Below are positions 44,292 to 55,615 of a stretch of 64,000 nucleotides of DNA, in pieces. The position numbers and the translations under genes are program-made. Under the pieces are notes generated by a model. It saw nothing but the letters and a program-made list of their open reading frames with translations. It searched no databases and was not told where the DNA came from. Position 1 is the first letter of the stretch; the number at the start of each line of letters is the position of its first letter. Location: contig NW_027362761.1 of assembly GCF_046119375.1 (NCBI RefSeq), forward strand, positions 550,684,001 to 550,748,000, written 5' to 3'. This DNA comes from Phyllobates terribilis. Taxonomy: Eukaryota.

Positions 44292-47200
44292 CCCAGGGTA
44301 AATACTAAAAACAGAGTGGAGCCAGAGGCGTAATTGGAGCAAGTTTTAAATCAGTAGTACAGTGGATGCGGACCAAGCAGGAGAATTTGACGGACACAGA
44401 GCAGGGGAACAGCTGACGTTACTGAACCCCAATAACACTGGAGCAAGCGTTGACTGTGCAGACGGCACTTCTGAGCAGCAACTAGCGGTATTGGAGCCCA
44501 GGGTAAATACTAAAAACAGAGGAGCCAGAGGTGTAATTGGAGCAAGTTTTAAATCAGTAGTAGAGTGGATGTGGACAAAGCAGGAGAATTTGCCGGACAC
44601 ACAACAGGGGAACAGCTGACGTTACTGAACCCCAAAAACACTGGAGCAAGCATTGACTGTGCAGACGGCACTTCTGAGCAGCAAATGGCGGTATTGGAGC
44701 CCAGGGTAAATACTAAAAACAGAGGAGCCAGAGGTGTAATTGGAGCAAGTTTTAAATCAGTAGTACAGTGGATGTGGACAAAGCAGGAGAATTTGCCGGA
44801 CACACAGCAGGGGAACAGCTGACGTTACTGAACCCCAATAACACTGGAGCAAGCGTTGACTGTGCAGATGGCACTTCTGAGCAGCAACTAGCGGTATTGG
44901 ATCCCAGGGTAAATACTAAAAACAGAGGTGTAATTGGAGCAAGTTTTAAATCAGTAGTACAGTGGATGTGGACAAAGCAGGAGAATTTGCCGGACACACA
45001 GCAGGGGAACAGCTGACTTTACTGAACCCCAATAACACTGGAGGAAGCGTTGACTGTGCAGACGGCACTGCTGAGCAGCAGCTAGCGAAATTGGAGCCCA
45101 GGGTAAATATTAAAAACAGAGGAGCCAGAGGTGTAATTGGAGCAAGTTTTAAATCAGTAGTACAGTGGATGTGGACGAAGCAGGAGAATTTGCCGGACAC
45201 ACAGCAGGGGAACAGCTGACGTTACTGAACCCCAATAACACTGGAGCAAGTGGTGACTGTGCAGACGGTACTTCTGAGCAGCAACTAGCGGAATTGGAGC
45301 CCAGGGTAAATACTAAAAACAGAGGAGCCAGAGGTTTAATTGGAGCAAGTTTTAAATCAGTAGTACAGTGGATGTGGACAAAGCAGGAGAATTTGCCGGA
45401 CACACAGCAGGGGAACAGCTGACGTTACTGAACCCCAATAACACTGGAGCAAGCGTTGACTGTGCAGATGGCACTTCTGAGCAGCAACTAGCGGTATTGG
45501 ATCCCAGGGTAAATACTAAAAACAGAGGAGCCATAGGTGTAATTGGAGCAAGTTTTAAATCAGTAGTACAGTGGATGTGGACAAAGCAGGAGAATTTGCC
45601 GGACACACAGCAGGGGAACAGCTGATGTTTCTGAATCCCAAAAACACTGGAGCAAGCGTTGACTGTGCAGACGGCACTTCTGAGCAGCAACTAGCGGTAT
45701 TGGAGCCCAGGGTAAATACTAAAAACAGAGGAGCCAGAGGTGTAATTGGAGCCAGTTTTAAATCAGTAGTACAGTGGATGTGGACAAAGCAGGAGAATTT
45801 GCCGGACACACAGCAGGGGAACAGCTGACGTTACTGAACCCCAATAACACTGGAGCAAGCGTCGACTGTGCAGATGGCACTTCTGAGCAGCAACTAGCGG
45901 TATTGGATCCCAGGGTAAATACTAAAAACAGAGGAGCCAGAGTTGTAATTGGAGCAAGTTTTAAATCAGTAGTACAGTGGATGTGGACAAAGCAGGAGAA
46001 TTTGCCGGACACACAGCAGGGGAACAGCTGATGTTACTGAACCCCAAAAACACTGGAGCAAGCGTTGACTGTGCAGACGGCACTTCTGAGCAGCAACTAG
46101 TGGTATTGGAGACCAGGGAAAATACTAAAAACAGAGGAGCCAGAGGTGTAATTGGAGCCAGTTTTAAATCAGTAGTACAGTGGATGTGGACAAAGCAGGA
46201 GAATTTGCCGGACACACAGCAGGGGAACAGCTGACGTTACTGAACCCCAATAACACTGGAGAAAACGTTGACTGTGCAGACGGCACTTCTGAGCAGCAAA
46301 TAGCGGTATTGGAGCCCAGGGTAAATACTAAAAACAGAGGAGCCAGAGGTGTAATTGGAGCAAGTTTTAAATCAGTAGTACAGTGGATGTGGACAAAGCA
46401 GGAGAATTTGCCGGACTCACATCAGGGGAACAGCTGACGGTCCTGAACCCCAATAACACTGGAGCAAGCATTGACTGTGCAGACGGCACTTCTGAGCAGG
46501 AACTATCAGTATTGGAGCCCAGGGTAAATACTAAAAACATAGGAGCCAGAGGTGTAATTGGAGCACGTTTTAAATCAGTAGTACAGTGGATGTGGACAAA
46601 GCAGGAGAATTTGCCGGACACACAGCAGGGGAACAGCTGACATTACTGAACCCCAATAACACTGGAGCAAGCGTTGACTGTGCAGATGGCACTTCTGAGC
46701 AGCAACTAGCGGTATTGGAGCCCAGGGTAATTACTAAAAACAGAGGTGTAATTGGAGCAAGTTTTAAATCAGTAGTAGAGTGGATGTGGACAAAGCAGGA
46801 GAATTTGCCGGACACACAGCAGGGGAACAGCTGACGTTACTGAACCCCAATAACACTGGAGCAAGCGTTGACTGTGCAGACGGCACTTCTGAGCAGCAAC
46901 TAGCGGAATTGGAGCCCAGGGTAAATACTAAAAACAGAGGAGCCAGAGGTGTAATTGGAGCAAGTTTTAAATCAGTAGTACAGTGGATGTGGACAAAGCA
47001 GGAGAATTTGCCGGACACACAGCAGGGGAACAGCTGACATTACTGAACCCCAATAACACTGGAGCAAGCGTTGACTGTGCAGATGGCACTTCTGAGCAGC
47101 AACTAGCGGAATTGGAGCCCAGGGTAAATACTAAAAACAGAGGAGCCAGAGGTGTAATTGGAGCAAGTTTTAAATCAGTAGTACAGTGGATATGGACAAA

Positions 47201-49560
47201 GCAGGAGAATTTGCCGGACACACAGCAGGGGAACAGCTGACATTACTGAACCCCAATAACACTGGAGCAAGCGTTGACTGTGCAGATGGCACTTCTGAGC
47301 AGCAACTAGCGGAATTGGAGCCCAGGGTAAATACTAAAAACAGAGGAGCCAGAGGTGTAATTGGAGCAAGTTTTAAATCAGTAGTACAGTGGATGTGGAC
47401 AAAGCAGGAGAATTTGCCGGACACACAGCAGGGGAACAGCTGACGTTACTGAACCCCAATAACACTGGAGCAAGCGTTGACTGTTCAGATGGCACTTCTG
47501 AGCAGCAACTAGCGGTATTGGATCCCAGGGTAAATACTAAAAACAGAGGAGCCAGAGGTGTAATTGGAGCAAGTTTTAAATCAGTAGTACAGTGGATGTG
47601 GACAAAGCAGGAGAATTTGCCGGACACACAGCAGGGGAACAGCTGATGTTACTGAACCCCAAAAACACTGGATCAAGCGTTGACTGTGCAGACGGCACTT
47701 CTGAGCAGCAACTAGCGGTATTGGAGCCCAGGGTAAATACTAAAAACAGAGGAGCCAGAGGTGTAATTGGAGCCAGATTTAAATCAGTAGTACAGTGGAT
47801 GTGGACAAAGCAGGAGAATTTGCCGGACACACAGCAGGGGAACAGCTGACGTTACTGAACCCCAATAACACTGGAGCAAGCGTTGACTGTGCAGACGGCA
47901 CTTCTGAGCAGCAACTAGCGGAATTGGAGCCCAGGGTAAATACTAAAAACAGAGGAGCCAGAGGTGTAATTGGAGCAAGTTTTAAATCAGTAGTACAGTG
48001 GATGTGGACAAAGCAGGAGAATTTGCCGGACACACAGCAGGGGAACAGCTGACATTACTGAACCCCAATAACACTGGAGCAAGCGTTGACTGTGCAGATG
48101 GCACTTCTGAGCAGCAACTAGCGGAATTGGAGCCCAGGGTAAATACTAAAAACAGAGGAGCCAGAGGTGTAATTGGAGCAAGTTTTAAATCAGTAGTACA
48201 GTGGATGTGGACAAAGCAGGAGAATTTGCCGGACACACAGCAGGGGAACAGCTGACATTACTGAACCCCAATAACACTGGAGCAAGCGTTGACTGTGCAG
48301 ATGGCACTTCTGAGCAGCAACTAGCGGAATTGGAGCCCAGGGTAAATACTAAAAACAGAGGAGCCAGAGGTGTAATTGGAGCAAGTTTTAAATCAGTAGT
48401 ACAGTTGATGTGGACAAAGCAGGAGAATTTGCCGGACACACAGCAGGGGAACAGCTGACGTTACTGAACCCCAATAACACTGGAGCAAGCGTTGACTGTT
48501 CAGATGGCACTTCTGAGCAGCAACTAGCGGTATTGGATCCCAGGGTAAATACTAAAAACAGAGGAGCCAGAGGTGTAATTGGAGCAAGTTTTAAATCAGT
48601 AGTACAGTGGATGTGGACAAAGCAGGAGAATTTGCCGGACACACAGCAGGGGAACAGCTGATGTTACTGAACCCCAAAAACACTGGATCAAGCGTTGACT
48701 GTGCAGACGGCACTTCTGAGCAGCAACTAGCGGTATTGGAGCCCAGGGTAAATACTAAAAACAGAGGAGCCAGAGGTGTAATTGGAGCCAGATTTAAATC
48801 AGTAGTACAGTGGATGTGGACAAAGCAGGAGAATTTGCCGGACACACAGCAGGGGAACAGCTGACGTTACTGAACCCCAATAACACTGGAGCAAGCGTTG
48901 ACTGTGCAGACGGCACTTCTGAGCAGCAACTAGCGGAATTGGAGCCCAGGGTAAATACTAAAAACAGAGGAGCCAGAGGTGTAATTGGAGCAAGTTTTAA
49001 ATCAGTAGTACAGTGGATGTGGACAAAGCAGGAGAATTTGCCGGACACACAGCAGGGGAACAGCTGACATTACTGAACCCCAATAACACTGGAGCAAGCG
49101 TTGACTGTGCAGATGGCACTTCTGAGCAGCAACTAGCGGAATTGGAGCCCAGGGTAAATACTAAAAACAGAGGAGCCAGAGGTGTAATTGGAGCAACTTT
49201 AAAATCTGTAGTAGTGAGAATGTGAACATAGCAGGAGAAATTGCCTTCCGCACAGCAGGGGAACAGCTGACGTTACTGAACCCCAATAACAGGGCAGCAA
49301 GTGTTGACTGTGCAGACGGCACTTCCGAGCGCCAACTGGCCGTGTTGGAGCTCCGTGATAATACTGAAAACAGAGGAGCCAGAGGTGTAATTGGAGCAAC
49401 TTTAAAATCTGTAGTAGTGAGAATGTGGACAGAGCAGGAGAAATTGCCGTCCGCACCGCAGGGGAACAGCTGACGTTACTGAACCCCAATAACATGGCAG
49501 CAAGTGTTGACTGTGCAGACGGCAGTTCCAAGTGCCAACTGGCAGTGTTGGAGCTCAGGA
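44292..49560. repeat. 203-bp tandem satellite: 24 near-identical units plus ~1.5 diverged units
   Basis: ORF-track starts from 44362 to 49013 step by 203 bp (194 bp for two units carrying a 9-bp deletion). Confidence 0.98.
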
Positions 49561-49617
49561 ATTACAGTTCAGGTGGTAGAATATGAACACAACAGGAGAC
49601 CATTGCCAACCAATTAT

Positions 49618-52600
49618 TTATTCTGGAAGAGGACTGGCAAATGCATGCGAGATCCAGGCCTTGTTCATTTTGAGAAAAGTAAGCCGGTCAACATTATCGG
49701 AGGATAGTCGCATGCGACGGTCTGTTAGTATACCACCTGCGGCACTAAAGACGCGTTCTGATAATACACTAGCAGCAGGGCAAGCTAGCACCTCCAATGC
49801 ATACTGACTAAGCTCTGGCCATGTATCCAGCTTACAGACCCAAAACTTGAAGGGAGAAGAGCCGTCTGGGAGTACACTAAGAGGGCAAGACATGTAGTCT
49901 GTCACCATCTGACGGAAACGTTGCCTCCTGCTGACTGGAGCCATCTGTGATGGTGTAGACATTTGTGGCGGCGGGGACACAAAACTTTGCCACATTTCGG
50001 CCATACTGGTCTTGCCTTGTGCTGAGGCGCTGCTTCTGCTCCCTCTTTGTGCAGAGGTTCCTCCACTGCCTCGACGCACTGAGCTGCTTTGTAAAGCACT
50101 AGCAGCACTGCTCTCGGTTGGAATGGAAAACATGATGGAATGCACCAGTGCGTCTTGGTACTCCCGCATTTTACGCTCCCGGTTCAACGGTGTTATGAGG
50201 CTTTGTAAGTTGTCCCGGTAGCGAGGATCTAGGAGGGTGGACACCCAATAATCAGCCGTGTTGAGAATGTGGGCGATGCGGCGGTCGTTTCTCAGGCACT
50301 GCAGCATGAAATCAACCATGTGCTGCAGACTGCAAACTGGCCAAGAAACGCTGTCCCCTGCTTGAGGCGTGATCTCTGCCTGCTCTGCATCACCCCACCC
50401 TCGCTCTAGATACTGACTACTAGAGCATTGTGTACCTCCCTCCTCTGGACAGATGTCTTCCTCATCCATTGACTCCTCCTCATCCTCCTCACAAAGTGAC
50501 CCCTGCCTAGGCCTTTGTGGGGAACCACGTTGCGCAGACTGTAGAGAAGCAGATGGCATTTGTGACTCCTCATCCTCCACCTCTTAGAAAACCTCGTCCC
50601 TTAGTGCTTGCAGTGTTTTTTCAAGCAGGCAGGTAAGGGGGATGGTCATGCTGACTAGTTCATCATCTCCATCCACGTGGAATAATCGAAGGCACGCAAA
50701 ACGTGGCAAATGTCATTCATAGAGGCCCACTCAGTGGTGGTGAAGTGTGAACGGCGCGCACTGCTGCAGCTGGTACTCCATTACTGCTGCCTGCTGCTCA
50801 CACAACCTCTCCAACATATGTAACGTTGAATTCCACCTGGTGGGTAGGTCACATATGATGCGATGTTCCGGAAGAATCGGCGCTGCAGAGCTGCAATGCG
50901 TGATCTTGCGTTGCTGGAACGCCGCAAGTGAGCGCACTCTATGCGGACCTTGTGAAGCAGTGCATCAAGATCCAGATAGTCCCTCAAAAAACTCTACACG
51001 ACCAAGTTGAGCACATGTGCCAGACATGGGATGTGAGTGAGGTTGCCTAGGCCCAGAGCTGCCACCAGATTTCGGCCATTGTCACACACTACCATGCCTG
51101 GCTGGAGATTCGCTGGCACAAACCACACGTCGTTCTGCTGCTTGATGGCATTCCAGAGCTCCTGCGCTGTGTGACTTCGATTCCCCAAATAAATTAATTT
51201 TAATACGGCCTGTTGACGTTTGGCCACGGCTGTGCTCATATCGGTCATCATAACAGGTAACCATTCATGGGTCGATGTGGAGGTAGACCGTGACGGCTCC
51301 TGCAGCGCTGATTCAGAGGAACTGGAGTATGAGGAAGAGTCAATGTGTACAGACTGGATTCCTGCAATCCTTGGAGTTGGCAGAACACGTACAGCGCCAC
51401 TCTCAAGATCTGTACCCGGCTCCACAACATTTACCCAATGGGCAGTGAGGGAAAGGTATCGTCCCTGTCCATGCTTACTGGTCCACGCATCGGTGGTCAG
51501 GTGGACCTTGCTACTGACGGTGTTTTGTAGCGCATGTTTAATTTTTCCCTCCACATGATGTTGCAGAGCAGGGACGGCTTGCCTGCTGAAATAAAAGCGG
51601 CTGGGCACGTTGTATTGTGGGACTGCCAATGCCATAAAGTTACAGAAGGTGTCAGTCTCCACCAGCCTGAATGATATCATTTCAAGGGCCAGTAGTTTAG
51701 CAATGCCAGCATTCAGAGCCTGTGCTCGGGGGTGGTTTGCAGAGTATGGGCGCCTTTTCTCCCATGCCTGTGCTACGATGGCTGTAGACTGGCCTGGGAG
51801 TGTGAGGATGACTGGGAAAGTGGTGTTGTGGGTGGAATTACACTGTGTCTCTGTACAACAGTGCCAGAGATTCTTCCATGGCGATCCTGTGAGGAAGCCG
51901 AACCAGCTGTGTGTGAGCTGGAGGAAGAGGCTACAACACGAGCTGAAGAGGTGGTAGGTGGCGCTGTAGGTTGGCCTAGGTCTTCAGTGTGTTTTTGTAA
52001 CTCCACCACGTGCTTGGTCCGCACATGTTTCCACATATTTGTGGTATTGAGGTTGCTGACACTTTTCCCTCTTTTCACCTTCTGATTACACAGCTTGCAT
52101 TTGACAAAGCAAATGTCATCTGCAACTGTGTCAAAAAAGGACCAGGCACTGCAAGTCTTGGGATTTTGGAAGAGCCATGCTCCTAATGGGTGCCGAAGTG
52201 GAGGCTACAGGCAACCAAGTCTGCCCCCTCCCTCTCCCTCCTTTCTGGTCTGTTCGGGGAATCTCTTCCTCAGAGCTGCTCCCACCACCTTCCTGTCCCT
52301 CATGCCATGATGGGTCAAGGACCTCATCATCTACACCACCCTCTTCAAACAACTGCTTCTCCTGGGTAGTCTCGACAGCACAGTACGCACCAGAAAGTGG
52401 CACCTGAGTCTCATCCTCAGATGCGTACTGAGGTGTGCTGCTGACCATAGGCACTGGCCCACCCGCCTCTTCAGATTCAGAGAGACAAAACGGTTGCGCA
52501 TCACTGCATACTACCTCTTCTTCAAATTCTCGAATTCTGCTTGGCTGGCCCCCTCTTTCCAAGCCAAGAGATTCAGAGAACAGAAGTAGAGATGGCTCCT

Positions 52601-52961
52601 GTCCAGGGCTCTCTGACTGCCTGGGCAATTTGGCAGGTGGTGAAGAGACAGATGGGTGCTCTTCAGTGCTCAGGACCTGAGAGGATCTGGAACTAATTGA
52701 AGTTGATGCGTTAGCTGCCATCCATCCGACAACGGCTTCAATTTGGTCCTCCCGCAGCAGTGGGGTACGGCTAGCTCCTATAAAGCTGCGCATAAAGGAC
52801 TGTTCCCTGGTAAAACTGGGGGATGCTGAGTCACTGGTGCCCGCAGCAGGCACAGAATCCCCAGGTCCTCTCCCTGCAGGCACAGAATCTTCACGTCCTC
52901 TCCCAGCAGAAACTCCACGCCCACGACCACAACCACATGCCTTACTCCCTGCCTTCTTCAT
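49618..52961 (-). pseudogene. hAT (Ac/ZBED-like) transposase, disrupted
   Basis: BED finger AWSFF...CKLC...HVRTKH (~52020-52160), TTDAWTS (D1), CDNGRN (D2), CLAHVLNLVV (CxxH), TRWNS, and a C-terminal dimerisation domain WPELSQYALEVLACPAASVLSERVFSAAG (catalytic E). Frameshifts near 52165, 51777 and 50865, a TAG at 50994-50996, and further indels at ~50590-50730. Confidence 0.95.
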
Positions 52962-53520
52962 CTTGGTAGACTGATAAAGATAGGCAGAAAAGTACTAAGG
53001 GCTTAGTGTGCTTATTCCTGAACAGCTGCTAACAGGTATAAGAAACACAAATTTTATAAAGTGTGGACTAGACTTTAATATGAGCTAATGTGGCCTACAC
53101 AACTGTAAAGTGGAGTGTTTGGTGAACATTATTTAGTTTTTTTTTGTCACAAAAAGACACTGGATGTGCTAGTGTGTTTGGAACCAATTTAGCTGAATAC
53201 GGATGGAACCACCACACTAATAGGAGATATCAGGAAAAATTATGAATTGGCAAAAAAGGACAATGTATGAGGCAGTGACACACACTGAGTGCACTACAAC
53301 CAGACGTGGTTGAAGCACACACTACAGGGTGAGCTGCACTCACACACACACAGACCTTGCAGAAAGCGGTGAACAGCACAGAGAACTGTGCACTAGCGCT
53401 GCAAGGCACAGCGATTTATAAAGTAGCTTGGGTAAAGCAGAATAGACCAAATAGGTAGCTAAAACTGTCCCTCAGAACAACAGCGTCCTATCCCTAACTG
53501 AATTCACAGCAGAGTGAGCT

Positions 53521-53580
53521 CAAAATGGCGGCGGCGGCTTTCATAGTGCATCATGACATCATTTTAGCAGCCAATCACAG
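53521..53580. promoter_or_regulatory. YY1-type motif plus CCAAT box upstream of the transposase
   Basis: CAAAATGGCGGC at 53521-53532 and CCAAT at 53571-53575. The same pair occurs at 3153/3204 and 5562/5613. Confidence 0.5.
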
Positions 53581-54175
53581 CCATGCCATTAGTTAAGATG
53601 CCTACATGCCTAACAGGATGTGCCCACACTTCTTAGGATCCTCATTGGCTGAATAAAATGAAACTGGCTCATTACATTATGGGAACTTCCGATTCCGGTA
53701 TACGATATTGAAAAAGTATGGGAATTAAGTATCGGAATTCCGATACCGCGAATATCGGCCGATACCCGATATTTCAGTATCGGAATGCTCAACACTAGTC
53801 GTTAGTCAACTAATGATCTTTTCGTGAAAGAAAGTTTCCAGAAGTTTGAATGACTAGGCGTAAAGCTCATTCACCAGACAGTCCATCATGTTTTCAATAA
53901 TTGTTCAAGCATCAACCTACTTCTTTTAATGGTAATGGCCACCTTTATTGTCTCAATAAGCAAACATATCTAAACAGGTCTACCTGTCAAAATTTCAGAC
54001 AAGTCCCAAAAGGACCTGAGAAAGAAACAGAGTGCGGAGGTTCCATCAATGACTTCAAAGGCAGTTATCTCAGATACTTCCAAGTACTGGGTCTAGTTAA
54101 TGGGAACCTGACATATGCAGGATGTATCAGACGCTGGCTGTATGGTGACAGTGCTCTCCCTACGTACATGTATAT

Positions 54176-54430
54176 TTATTTTTATTTATTTATTTTACCC
54201 TCTTAAATAATGCTATCACATTTCACAGTGTTTTACAGACATCATTGGGGATCACAATCTACATTCATTATCAGTATGTCTTTGGAGTGTCGGGGAAGCA
54301 CGGAGAACCGGGAGGAATCCCACGCAAACACAGAGAGAAGATACGAACTCATTGCAGATGTTTTCCTTCATGGGATATGAACCCAGGACCCCAGAGCTGC
54401 AAAGCAACAATGCTAACCACTGATCGACCA
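54176..54430 (-). mobile_element. tRNA-derived SINE (V-SINE-like) with an L2-type 3' tail
   Basis: A-box-like TCAGTGGTTAGC and B-box GGTTCATATCCC (54372-54383). The core TGTGTTTGCGTGGGATTCCTCCCGGTTCTCCG is followed by an A-rich tail, and the 3' end aligns with the L2 end at ~38205-38245. Confidence 0.8.
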
Positions 54431-55195
54431 TGTATAGGAAGAGACCTATCACTCAAGGAGAACGGGAGGGGATAAACCACCAAGGACCCACTTGTCTGAC
54501 TACTATCCAATTAAAGTTGATCCCTGGCGTTCATTAAACTATGTTTTTCTCTGAAACGCAGATCAGGCATCATGTATAAGCTGTCAGGTTCCCTTTAGGA
54601 GGATATGTGCTTGAACTGCTGGTCAGTCTAGGTGAAAGCAATTATGTGTATAGAAGCTTATGAGATACAAATACAAGGATATAAATACCATAGAGGCAGC
54701 ACAGATAGTATTAAACACCAGACCATTCTATTTTGGATGATAGACAATGAGAGAATTGATTCAATGTGCTGAATTAAACTTGTGCTAAATAATAGAAAAT
54801 ATGCTAAACGCTGCGAATTCAAAAATTTTATGACTATATTCCCTTGAACAGCCAAAATATTTCCTGCCACCATTTTACACAATATACGGTAGGTGTTTTC
54901 ATAAGGCACAGAAGGCTGATGCAGCCACATTGGCTTCCCTATAATACTTTTTAGCTATCATATTACTTGGTTTAAAAGTAGTGATGAGCACGTGTGCATT
55001 AGGGTGCTCGGGCATGCTCGTTACTCAGCTGAGTATCGGGAGTACTTGAGCACAAAGCTCAAGTCCCTGTCCTGCCTGTTAGATAGCCAATCAACATGCG
55101 AGGATTGCCTGTCATACACAGTAATGCAGTAGCATTACAGTGATTGGCCAGCCGCATGGCGTCCTCGGGTCAATCTAAGACTCGAGGACTCTATG

Positions 55196-55615
55196 TGTTA
55201 GAACCCTCCTGTTAGTTTTTTCTATTTTGCTGGTCACATGACTTTTTGCCTATTTAATCCAGCTCCGCCCTCCTGGCCTTGCTGGACTTCAGTGTTACAT
55301 TTACTCTTAAGCTAGCCAGGTCCCTGGTACCTTACTCCGTAGTTTGCTTGGTCTTTTGACCACTAGTACTTCTGTTTGTTTGTTTGTCTTTGCTCTGCTA
55401 CAATTTCTGCTAGGAGGTGTCCAACTATATCCCAGTCCTTAGTTCTTGTAGGGATCCCTCCCTTATATCTATAGGTCTGCGTTCAGACTAGCCGAGGACT
55501 TAGGCAGGTCTGTTCACAAGGAACAGGGCCCCCGCTGCATCGTAGGGAATCAGCTTAGTCCTATTGTAGGGACAGTTTTCTTATCTTTCCTTAGTGTTTG
55601 TAGCAGTTCATAACA
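55196..55615 (+). mobile_element. Solo LTR of the Gypsy family at 1-2353
   Basis: 420 bp, TGTTA...TAACA, collinear with 1934-2353. Flanks CTATG / GTATG form a 5-bp TSD with one mismatch. Confidence 0.93.

Larger units (their letters stand above)
40695..53797 (-). mobile_element. Giant hAT DNA transposon (13,103 bp)
   Basis: 11-bp TIR TAGTGTTGAGC / GCTCAACACTA and perfect 8-bp TSD GTCGTTAG (40687-40694 and 53798-53805). CCGAT/ATCGG subterminal repeats at both ends, and a transposase pseudogene inside. Confidence 0.95.

Noticed and set aside
44346-49531. About 50 ORFs of 81-85 aa on both strands
   Set aside because: They are frame artefacts of the 203-bp period (not a multiple of 3). Each overlaps the next in a shifted frame, and there is no domain signal.
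41990-49560. CRISPR-like regular repeats
   Set aside because: There are no unique spacers (whole units repeat), no cas genes, and the context is eukaryotic.
53901-54206. 101-aa ORF / possible exon starting after TAAACAG at ~53977
   Set aside because: No recognisable domain, only weak donor sites, and no partner exons identified.
1934-55615. The two homologous LTRs as the ends of one 53-kb retroelement
   Set aside because: The first is a 3' LTR (preceded by pol and a PPT), and the second has its own TSD on both sides.
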